Shown: piece after piece, positions 1 to 10,600 of the stretch
Layout of the letters: every line of letters starts with the position of its first letter
Position numbering within the stretch: position 1 is the stretch's first letter
DNA from: Balanoglossus misakiensis
Taxonomy: Eukaryota; Animalia; Hemichordata
NCBI GenBank assembly: GCA_040954595.2
Contig: CM082577.2
Location: forward strand, 372,001 to 436,000
Direction: 5' to 3'
DNA: 64,000 nucleotides
Translations under genes and position numbers: made by a program
The notes under the pieces: model-generated
Database searches by the model: none
Told to the model about the DNA's origin: nothing
What the model saw: the letters and a program-made list of their open reading frames with translations, nothing else

Positions 1-817
1 ATATACATGATATAGCACAGTTTAGTTCAAGGGATAATTCATTGCACTGGACATAACAGAGAACTATTGGCATGTACTAGATATATTCCTGAGATCCCAG
101 CATCCAGTAATTCTTAAGGGGCGACACTTATTGTAATGCAGACACATACTTGCTGTAGTTACTGCTTTCAATATGATCATCTAGGCCTTGACACACCCAA
201 GTCTTTGGGTTTCAATAGACACCATCAAATAAGTCCTCCTTCCAAGGTCTTCATAGTCTGATTCCATTTTCTCGCTGTACACTTGGATTCTCAGCGCCCA
301 TCAAGCGTGTCCAAAAGGTCACAGGGAGTGTCGTTGTCTTTGTATCTTGTTCTCCAACCTGCATTGTACTGTATGTATGCACACATACAGTGCCTGTATG
401 AGGGGAACATAAATATGTACACCTGAAAGTTTTCTGGCAAAAAATCAGCATTTCACCTGTGTTCTGTATGTACCGGTACAAGTGCCTTGTGCAGCAAATG
501 TATTGGTATTCAGTGGCAGTGCGTCTAGTGTAACAATGATCACTCAGCTTTCAGACAAGTGATCAGAAATCCACCCCCGGAATCCACCCTATGTGTTTCA
601 GCCAGTGAATGTTTGTTTTACGGGCACTCTACAAATGAACAAGGGATTCCGTAATCAAGGAACTATACTTCTAAAATCTTCTAAGTCAACCCGCTTGCCT
701 TTCCTTTAATTCAATTACTCCTCCATGTGTGTACAGACCGTTCAAGTATGCATGCTGAAACAATTTCTAACAATGTTTGCCAACCGTTCACTAACTGCTC
801 TTTCTGTTTTGTTACAG

Positions 818-893
818 GCTTGGTATGTTCTTTGCTCCACTGCTAATAGTCATTTGCATATTGAAACTGGTTGTTCTGTTCTACGTGAAAAGG
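818..893 (+). CDS. TMC: TMC exon (TMC-domain TM segment)
   Basis: ttttgttacag|G CTT GGT ATG TTC TTT GCT CCA...AAA AGG|gtaagg; LGMFFAPLLIVICILKLVVLFYVKR. Confidence 0.88.
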
Positions 894-2151
894 GTAAGGA
901 CTTTGTTGCAGTCTTTTCAGAGGGCGATCCATTATAATAGCAAAGTAAGAGATGTCTTGCAGTCCAGTAAACCAAGCACTGGTCCAAGATGATTTATCAA
1001 TACGTGTACTTCTTCACTGTAAATATTGTTTCTATGCTAACTGTACTTACACCCCAATTAATCATTGTGAATGAATTTCATTTGTTGCCATTTCCCCCCA
1101 CAGTTTAGTGTGATTTCAAATTGTTCACCGTCTTTGAAACCCTGGAGGGCTGGTAGGACCACCACTGTCTTTATAGGAATGCTCCTTCTCATGTTCTTCA
1201 TCACAGCTGGGTCACTGTTGTACACCATTGTGAGGTAGGAATTACAAAGAAGTCATAGAATGTTCAATATTACTGATCACACATTCTGAAATAAAGGTTG
1301 ATATGGGCATAGGTGACCATATGAGTTCAATTCTCAAACTTGATAATCAGATACATTTGAATAACAATTCCATTTCAGGGTTGCACCTTCCAATGTCTGT
1401 GGTCCCTTTCGTCACCTGCAAAAGATATATGATGTGGTGTTTATTTTATTGGAAGACTGGGCATCGAGTGAAACACTCAACTGGATTTACTCAATCATTG
1501 ATGTCATTGCTTCCCCTGGCTCCATCTTGCTCTTCATCATCATTCTCTGGTAAGTCCGTCAAATTGATGTCATCGTTAATTGTCCATGCTGACTTATTTC
1601 ATTGATTTCAAGTCAGTGATGCTGTACATATATATAAATGTCTGTAGTTCCTACCTCAAATTTGAAGTTTGAACACAAGAGGGCAGCAGACTAAAGTCCT
1701 GGGGGAAATTCACAAATCCCGAAAACCAAAGAAGAGATTCTAAACCACTGAAGCATTTTTAAAAGTCATATTACCCTTTTAATGTATTATCCTCAAAACC
1801 ATTTTTGTCCACACTTGCAGTCTGGGTGTGTACTACTACAACGCCATCGCAAAAGGAAGTGAGCAACAGATGAATAAACTGCGCTACCAAATCAGCGTGG
1901 AAGGCAAAGACAAGATGTTCCTGCTGCAGATGCTGCAAGACAGAATTAAACTTCTTCCCAGGGATGAACAGCTGGAGTTTAAGGCCAGCTTGACCAGAGC
2001 AAGGAGTGGCAATAAGGACACCACCAACGGTTCAGCTTTGCACGCGGCCATGGTGCATTACAGTAATGGGGATGTGCTGGACCGCGAGGCTTCGGCTGCG
2101 GATGTTGAAGCCTGGATAGAGGAGGAGGGGCATAATACGAGACAGTCGTGA
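818..2151 (+). CDS. TMC: 3' part of a transmembrane channel-like (TMC) gene, probably TMC5/6-like; 4 exons (818-893, 1104-1234, 1379-1549, 1821-2151), 5' exons apparently outside the window
   Basis: Spliced translation (W)LGMFFAPLLIVICILKLVVLFYVKR|FSVISNCSPSLKPWRAGRTTTVFIGMLLLMFF...|VAPSNVCGPFRHL...|LGVYYYNAIAKG...LRYQISVEGKDKMFLL... carries the TMC hallmarks GxFFxP, PSxxCGPF and EGxDKxFL. All introns are GT-AG with consistent phases. The subfamily is inferred only from the PWRA motif. Confidence 0.9.
1104..1234 (+). CDS. TMC: TMC exon
   Basis: ccccacag|...GTG AG|gtagga; FSVISNCSPSLKPWRAGRTTTVFIGMLLLMFFITAGSLLYTIVR. Confidence 0.88.
1379..1549 (+). CDS. TMC: TMC exon (PSxxCGPF motif)
   Basis: catttcag|...CTC TG|gtaagt; VAPSNVCGPFRHLQKIYDVVFILLEDWASSETLNWIYSIIDVIASPGSILLFIIILC. 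Confidence 0.9.
1821..2151 (+). CDS. TMC: TMC terminal coding exon
   Basis: acttgcag|T CTG GGT GTG TAC TAC TAC...TGA; matches ORF 1828-2151; YYYNAIAKG...EGKDKMFLL. Confidence 0.88.
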
Positions 2152-3404
2152 GTTTTTGTTCCTTGGAAAAAGAGGCTGTAGGTTTTGAACATTTGTGACT
2201 ATTTGATTGAAGCATATTTATTGGGTTGTTCATCTGCTGTTTGAACTGAAGAACATGACTGCCGCATTGATAAAAGATTTTAGAGTTTACAACTGTCTGA
2301 TCATTTGGCAATGTTGCACTGCCTGCTTCCACCGAAAGAGACCCAGCGGTAATACCCCAGAACCTACTTGGAATGGGCAGAGCTGCCATCTTAAACAATT
2401 GGATTATTCCAAGATACTGGACACACAGGGAGGTACTGGTAATAGTATAGAGGGAATTATTATTAAGTTCATATTGAGTACACATGGTAAATGTCAGTTG
2501 GTGTTGGTCAGTTTTTTTTCTGTGTACATATTAAATACGCATTGATCGAGGTATATGAAATGTTTGGAGCAAACACTGCATTATTTAATGCTTTGCGAAA
2601 GACAAGTCAGTTATGTTTTTCATGCGAATCTCAAAGGACATTTACTCAGAAGTTTGTTTTTATTATTATTGACATGTTTTAACTGCATCAACAAATGACA
2701 ACACATTCAAAATGCCTGTAGACTAAAGTCGTGGTCATTACTCACTAGCATACAGGGTTTATATTGTAACTCATATACAACAGAGATATGTCTTGGTTTC
2801 AAACTTACCAGCATTTAAGCCTCAACCACATTTAAATTTTACTTTCTGCAGTGCAATCAAGAGTATGGTTTAGTCGACTGAGAATGGAGAACCTGTTACA
2901 GAGGGTCATTTTTCAGCCTGGAATGAAAACCAGTATACAGTATTAAGATAAATCATTTGCTGGTAATCAATTACAAAAATTCTGAGAATTAAGAATTCTG
3001 TACTTAAACGGTACATACAATCAGGCAAACCCTGATGTTTTCAATAATTTTTTTTAAATCATTTTCCCAACAAGTCTGCAATAAAGAGAACTTGTTTTCT
3101 CCATCCAAGGTAGCCCAATTATTGTAAAAAAAGTATTTCTTTCAGAGTTGTATAAAATTATCAGGATACTTGAATTACGTGTATCATATCAGCATTTAAT
3201 TTTGACTGGAGAGCAATATGTACAATATTACAAGAATTGTATTAAATATATTTTGGGTACATGGTTCATTAAAGTTGAAATTGTTTATAAAAATTATGGT
3301 ATGTGAGATTATTGTTCTAACTCCCAGATAACACATTACACATACACCACGGTGTCCCTAGACTAGTGTAACTAATGTTCGCTATTGCAATATCAGAAGC
3401 ACTC

Positions 3405-3497
3405 TTACCCCTTTCACCACCATGGTTTGGTCCAAATCCATTGTTTTCTATGGTAAACCTGAACTTCTATAGCAGGGACTAGGGGTGAAAGGGTTAA
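3405..3497. mobile_element. Short (about 90 bp) MITE-like element with terminal inverted repeats
   Basis: Left ttacccctttcacc and right ggtgaaagggttaa are near-perfect inverted repeats. Related partial copies lie near 47860-47888 (gggacttaggggtgaacggtttaa) and 56561-56615 (tcaccaccat...gtccaaaccca). Confidence 0.6.
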
Positions 3498-4449
3498 ACT
3501 ACAACAACATTACAAAGTCATAAAAACATAACCAAATATGTTTTTCTCATTTTATTTGATGAATGAAGATGAAATACAACAGTGTAAAGAGAGAAAGTTG
3601 ACGTCATTTTACAAGAGTAGAGAGGACAGTGAATGATCAGTGAAAAGAATTCATTGCACCAGAATAGATTGAGGTGAAGTACAGAAAAAAAGTTGAAAAT
3701 GAGTGTTAACTTCACAACAGATCAGGTATTCAATGAAACATTTCATTTTTGAGCAGATTTCCTTCTGTCCTTGCTAATATGAAGAGAATCCTGTGAACAG
3801 CAAGAACATCTGACAATGAAATCAATAATGGCAAATCAAATTTTATAAGGCACCATCTGTAAATCAGTTATCGTACCATAGCAATTATCAAAGTCTGTTT
3901 TCTGGCAAGTGTAAAAAAAAACTAATATTTTTATATGTTTGCAGTCCGTTTAACTTCTGCCCCAAAAAAGCATTAAAAGCAAAGCTGAAGACTGTAAAGG
4001 ACTCTTGACTGCAAGTATGACATAAGCCTAAGGTTTGACAACTATACCTGCATTAATGTACATGTACACAATAATGCCCCTTCATGACAAATAAAAACGT
4101 TTTTGCTGTTCATAATAGAGTTCCTGTTCATAATAGCAAGGTTGCCTTCTTCACCATTTCACATTCACACACACACACACTTGTAAGACATCACAGAATA
4201 CAAGTATAATATGGCTCACTCACCAATGCCTTGTGCAGAAATATTTGTCTTTCAGTTTTGTAAATTCCCAAAGAGTATGACTGTGGAGTGTACACACAAG
4301 TCAGTCGTATACTGCATCAATCCATTTCAGACAAGCCTCCAAGCATCACAGCGGTGGTATTAATAGAGTTTACCCACAAGGTTTCCATAAAAACATTACA
4401 GTTCTTGATATGATGGATGATGATATTAGAAAGTTTTCAGTGCACTTTG

Positions 4450-4690
4450 GTGCTGTAGTCAAAATTAAGAGAATTACCTTTTTGTGCTGGGTCAAAGTTT
4501 AAAGGATGACCATACATGTTACAAAGTTCACTGCATCACTGTTGGTGCTGCAGTTGAAATCCTACCAGTTACATTGCAACTATGCTTAATATTCTAAGAA
4601 TGGCCTTTGAATCTACGGTCTAAAATTCAAAGAATGATTTTTTGTGCTGGGTCAAAGTTCAAAGGGTATCGCAGTCAAAGTTCAAACAGT
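4450..4690 (+). repeat. Degenerate minisatellite-like array
   Basis: tttttgtgctgggtcaaagtt occurs twice (about 4479 and 4638), with related gtgctg(t/c)agt(c/t)(a/g)aa units between them. Confidence 0.5.
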
Positions 4691-6153
4691 GAGTGACTCT
4701 TCCAAGTCTATACTAGGTAACATCAACCTAGTAATTAATAAGCAATTCAAATACATGAAAGTTTAACAGGTGAATCTCATTGACAACTGAAAAACTTGAA
4801 AAAGAATTTACAAAGATGATTACATCAATATCACACTAGTGGATGAAGCAGTGTAATGTTTCGAAAACTTTTACCACATGATGTCAACTCAGGCCAGCCA
4901 AATTCAATCAAATTCACACTTGATCCAGTATTAAAATTTTAACAAAACATGGCAATACAAATGGTATATTAAAATGAATTGTAATAAATGCTACAACAAG
5001 ATAGAACAGACAAAAAGAATATAAATGACAAGTTCATGTTGCAAAATCTTTAAAAAAAAACATGAAATATACTCTTTAAATTACATCTGCACAGTTGACA
5101 GTTAATCAAGTAAGTTTGAAAGTAGGAATCAACTGATATAAACATTTTTTCTTCCCATCAATCTAAAATCTCTCACGTAAATCGATATGCTTTTAAAAGG
5201 TCAATTCAAAATGTTCTGAAATACAATTCATGACTAAATTTTTTTTTAATCATCTGTACTGAATTTTTCAATTATTAACACAATAGCTTTCCAGCAACAT
5301 CACAGCTTGCAACACCTGTACAAATTTGTTTCAAAATGTTGACAATTTTAATTGCTACATTTATCCAAAATGTAGAGGACTGGTTTACAAGATGACACAG
5401 TATTCACAACGCAATCCATTCTTGTGTTTCTCAGAGTTTTTGAAATAACATTCCAAGTGTAAACCATGAATTTTTAGATAATACGTACAGACTACTGAAC
5501 AATTTATGCCCTTTTGTGTTTTGACACACCATTCAGTTCCACTATTTAAATACTACAATATCACTGATTATGCAACAAAATTTGCAAGAAATTTTACTTG
5601 TCAGTTTGAAAAAAAATGACACACTTGGTGTACACAGAAAAATGCTGAAGAAGGTGGTTATAACACCAACCAAACCCTATCTATCTAAAAGCGGCTGTCT
5701 TTCACATGTATTTTAAAAGCAGTTTTGGGTTTTGTTTGAACACAGGATGGAAACAAATGCGGACAAGAGTTTGTTTTTAAAAACAAACAAATTGGACTTC
5801 TGCCTGGTGATTGAGATGAAGACAATTCTTTCCAAACATGATCTTCACACTGCAGACATTATGAGCTGTGTAGAGAATTAACACCATATTGAAATCTGCA
5901 ACGTCACCAGAGAAGAACCTTTGCATCTCAACTGACTTTCACGCTCTGGCAATATTGCAAAATTCCCATGTACAAGTAGAAATTGAGAAGTCTAAATTAA
6001 ACATATAAATTTCACAGACAGCCAGTTATATAGAAATATAAAGTAATATCAAAGCGATATTAAAATGTTATGAAATTGTCCAATAATTACATTCACATAA
6101 CTCTAGAGGATGCAAGCTATTCTTATTTTGATCCTGTAAATAAACAATTATCT

Positions 6154-6724
6154 CTAGAAACCAAAGAAATAAATTTTAAGACTCTCGGAGAAAGCAATTA
6201 TCACTGAAAAGATTACACTATTGGCGGAAAAAAATTTGGCCAAGAAGTTTTGAGCGAAAATGGCAAAAAATTGTCCAGAACAAATACAAAATTGTAGATT
6301 TCATCTCCATTTGAACAAATCTGACTTGTAACAACTCACGGGATCTCCGGACCAAATTTCAAAGCAATCGAACTGGTGGTAATTCTGAGAGTGTTTGACC
6401 ACAAACTGCCCTTAATATTGTAAAAGTTGTCATCATTTGAACAAATCCAACTAAGGTCATCCAAAGAGATGCGAACACTCAATTTCAAAGTAACCGAACC
6501 AGCAGTTTCTGAGTTTCAAAAACAATAAAAAGCAAAAAATTGCCCCACAATACAAAATTGCAAATATCATCACAATTTTAACACATCTGGCTTAGCTCAC
6601 CCCTGGGGACCTGTAAAAATTATACAAATGCTACATGACCAGTAGTTTCTCAGAAGTCAAATGTAGACAGACAGACAGACAGACAGCAAACAATCCGATA
6701 AGCTCTACCGATGCAGAGCTAAAA
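6154..6724 (+). mobile_element. HINE/pearl-like non-autonomous element with internal tandem units
   Basis: About three diverged 125-135 bp units (aatacaaaattg...catttgaacaaatc...caaatttcaaag), then (ACAG)n at 6665-6686 and a terminal hairpin agctct...agagct (6701-6720) followed by an A run. The family name is inferred from this architecture. Confidence 0.5.
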
Positions 6725-7536
6725 TTATACACACTGAAATATAATAAAAGATATTTTTAGCTTGGTTGACATCAACAACAGTAAAGATGCCTTTAAAATA
6801 ATTACCTGAATGTAGAAACACAAAATGTTTCCAATATAGGGGGAATTCTGCTATGGTCACATAAAATTTGTACTCTTTAAATACATAAACCATTTTGAAA
6901 TTGTTGAAAAATAAATTACAAAGTACTGGAGCCAATACTTGTACACATGTACTGATGTAAAATTAAAACAATGTTCATGTTCACAACATGTAACATTTCA
7001 CAACCGTGTACAAAACAGACTTTTAAAAAAATCACAATATTTACAAAATACTCCACTCACAAGTACAATAAACCTGGATTGCAGCTTTATTGTTTGAAAA
7101 CATCTCAAAAACATAGTAATATTATTTAAAACACTGTATTCAAACTGAGAAACTATGTAAATTTTTGTTTCAAGTACCATATGTATAAGTCATTGCCCCA
7201 AAGAGTTTGTTACAAATCAATGGCATTGGGACAAACTTAACTTTCCTTTTGTAAGCAGATGAATTCAAAGTCTCACATTGTGTAAAACAGAGGCAAAAAA
7301 ACAGCCAGAAAACAAAGCATTCCAAGAATTACATATAGCCAACATGAAACAATAAACTGGCTTAGTTGTCACATCATTGAAAATCTGTAATCAATTTAAC
7401 CAGTATATACAATTTAATCCCAGTTTTATATAAGTATTGTGTTCAAGTACATCATAACATTCATGACACTTCACTTCATCTCTTCTAGTTTTGTTGGCAG
7501 TGTTCAATCTTGCATCTGGGCCATCTTCATCTCCGT

Positions 7537-7649
7537 CTATGACTGTGACTGAACTTTCTCTATTAGCTGCTGTCTCTTCTTGATCAGTTCATATGCTGAT
7601 TTGTCTGTCGACATCCGACCTTCCAGGATGCTGAACAGATCATTGCCAG
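7537..7649 (-). CDS. BAIAP3: BAIAP3-like terminal coding exon
   Basis: ctgtag|CT GGC AAT...TCA TAG; [36 protein letters not shown]. Confidence 0.88.
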
Positions 7650-10600
7650 CTACAGAAGACAAACAAAACACACCAAATAAATTCAATCATCAAGTAAAAA
7701 TGGACATCACAGACTACATACAGGTGAGAAGAAGGAGAAGTTCATTCAGTCCAGCTGATTTTTACACATGTGCTAGCTTGTTTTTTTTTTCGGGGTAAAA
7801 AAGTTGAAACTCAAGTTTGATAGACTCACATGATGCCTGAGGCTGAGAGAGGATTAGTGGGATAGTCTTAAGCTTCTCAAATCCAGCTGACACCTCGGAG
7901 GATAATCCAGGGATGTCATTAAGCGGCAGATAAGCTTCCCCAGCAAAGTCATTAGTGAGGATGATATCATGGTCCATGACGGTGAACAGCACACAGGCAC
8001 CTCTGTGTCTGCAGTCAGCCGGTGATACAACGCTGTTGTGGCAAAAAGGGTATTTGAATAATAAAGACAGTGCGAAAATAGGGATTGCTAATTCATCAGG
8101 CTTAATTCCCTCAGTTCCACTAGAAATACAGCAACTGACAGCTGTGCTACAAACTGTAAAATTCTTATTGGAAACTATAGCCCAGAGATCTTATTGTATT
8201 AAAGTTTGTGGTACTTTAGAATTCCCAAATAAGGACTATACTTAGTTAAGGATTACACTTTTGAGAATAACACACGTATAGTTCTGTACTTTTCACAGAC
8301 TCACAATTCAAAGTGTTCTTCGAAGAGTGGGTGCAAAGTCTTCTTGATAATCTTGGTCTGCTTGATATCGTGTCGACTGAAGTTGTGTTTGGGGCACAGC
8401 TCGACCATCACAAATGGATCACTGAGACCTTGAGGGGAAGATGAAAGAACCAGTGAATATTTCAGTAGAAACTGAAGATATTAATACATATATCAATGTG
8501 AATGTTTTTTTAATGAAAAAGGACCAATTCTGGCTATGTCTAATTCCAATGCACAGAAAGTAATCAGAATCATAAACAACAGACCAGTGCTTAAATGTAA
8601 ACAACATTACAAGTAATTTCAGCTCACAGCAACTCTTTGTACTAAAATTCCAAACTTACCATTGGAATCCAGCGGGATGACATTTGTGGCACTCAGAACT
8701 TGTACACATAATTTCTCTCTCTCCTGGCTGTAGTAACACTTCACATTCAGTGTTCCAAAGTCACTGCTATCTCGATGAAGCTGTCAAAAAAATGTTACGG
8801 CTGGTCAGGTTAAACAAAATAATTTCTCCACAAGGAACCATTTCAAAATCAAAGTACGCTGATACTTTTATGCTGGATTTTTTATTTTGTTTCCAATGTG
8901 ATTTTACATATGTGTGCATACAGCTCAGAATACGAGGAAAATTATTGAGAGCGCCACCTGCGGTAAGGATTGGTTGTAATTTTGTTTTACTGGACTTGCA
9001 CAATCATGACTGACACCAAACAATAGTTAGAGATTAAACTGTCTATGTTGAAACGACTTTCTTCCACATAAGTGCAGCAGAGATGAAAATAAATGGGAGA
9101 TTCAAAAGAAAATGAAAATTAATTTTTCAATTCAAACCTGTTCTGCAATTCGCTCCAAGTAGTAAAGCTCAATGAGTTCTTCCGTGGATGTTTTGTTGAG
9201 TTTTAGATAGTTGAGAAGAAGTTTACAGTCTTCACTCATGATATAATCCATGGTGAGTCCCTTCTCGTCCGCATAGAAGAAGTCAATGAGAATCTACACA
9301 AAATAATTTGAAATTAAATTTTAATTTTTATCATGTAAAGGGAAATCATGTTAAAAGACAAGGAAAAGCGAACTCTGTACTATATTGTTTCTGATGATGG
9401 ATCACGAGCAAAAAAACCTAAAACTCACCTCTAAGGCATCATACAGTCTCTCAAAGAAAACAGGTTCTTTCTGAAAAGAAAAAGTATTCACTCATTCAAA
9501 AGATGTTCCAAAATTACCACCAGGTGATTTGCAAGACTTCAGATGGTAATCTCCCAAAAGCAGTTCACATTTAAAAGACAAGATGTTAAACTTCTCTCAG
9601 CCTTCTGTGATTTTAGCTTAACTGCTCTCATTCTGCAAAAATATTCCAAAACTGACACTGGAAAACATTCCATGTAGATCAAACAAAAATGATAATGAAA
9701 TCAGCATGTTTATCACAGTTTATTAAACAACTCCTCCGCCCCTTGTAAAAACATGTTTATAACTCTAATCTTTAATAATCTTGACAATCTGCTGGAAACT
9801 TTTAATATTGATGTTTGAATATCACTTTACCTCAACATAAACAGCATGCACTAACTGACTACCAGGTCCTAATCTTTTTACTTTCTCTATTATACCACCA
9901 GGAAGCCTGAGACAACATACCCCTTCATTCGATTCCACCTGCTCCCGGATTTCCATCAGGACAACATTCCAGATCTCTTCCAAAATCCTGGAAAATAAAG
10001 TTCATATGGGAAAATGTCAACTTATTCAGAGAAGCTTAGGGGTTAAATGTGCCCTGTCAAAGATGCCTCTTTCCAAGTTACATTTTGTACTTCATCTGTG
10101 AAATGTTGTAGTGGTTTTTCTGGATAGTATATCTGACTGTAGAGTATGTGCAAATCAATTCCAAAAAACAAATGACCACTTTCCATGCACTTCCTCTGTT
10201 CTGATGACTTTAATACTTTAATGCAATCACACAGCGATCAATAATTTCACAAGGAAACCTACCTATCAAAATTGGCTCTGAGCAGCGAGTTATTCAATGT
10301 GATGAGATTGTTATCAAGATACTCCATTAGTGGACAGATTGCCTGCAAGAAATCACCAAGCCATTAACACTGTGACCAACAAACATTGCAATCACTGCCA
10401 GCAACACACATTGCCTACACAACATTGCCTTCTTGTCAGAACATATTTTCTTAGAGAAAGAGGGAGCAATTCTGGTGCATAATTTTCCACTCTCAGTTTT
10501 CATAAAGATTGGATGGAACCTTCCACTGTTCAACACAGCCTTGGTGCCAAAATACACAACAGTGCGGTAAAGACTATCATCTTTAAAAACTCTAGAAAAT

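Larger units (their letters stand above)
2152..7536. other. Convergent 3' UTR/intergenic region of TMC (+) and BAIAP3-like (-)
   Basis: No further exons found. + strand AATAAA at 3080-3085 and 4090-4095; - strand AATAAA (tttatt on +) at 2659-2664, 3551-3556 and 7086-7091. Actual cleavage sites cannot be determined from sequence alone. Confidence 0.5.

Noticed and set aside
1303-1605. 100-aa + strand ORF
   Set aside because: Wrong frame over the real TMC exon 1379-1549.
1979-2545. ORFs of 168 aa (-) and 112 aa (+) near the TMC stop
   Set aside because: Antisense shadow of the TMC last exon plus 3' UTR sequence; no recognisable motifs.
7500-7539. Stop-codon readthrough or selenocysteine recoding of either gene
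   Set aside because: BAIAP3-like ends TAG-A with another stop 11 codons later and TMC ends TGA-G; no leaky context or SECIS was evident.
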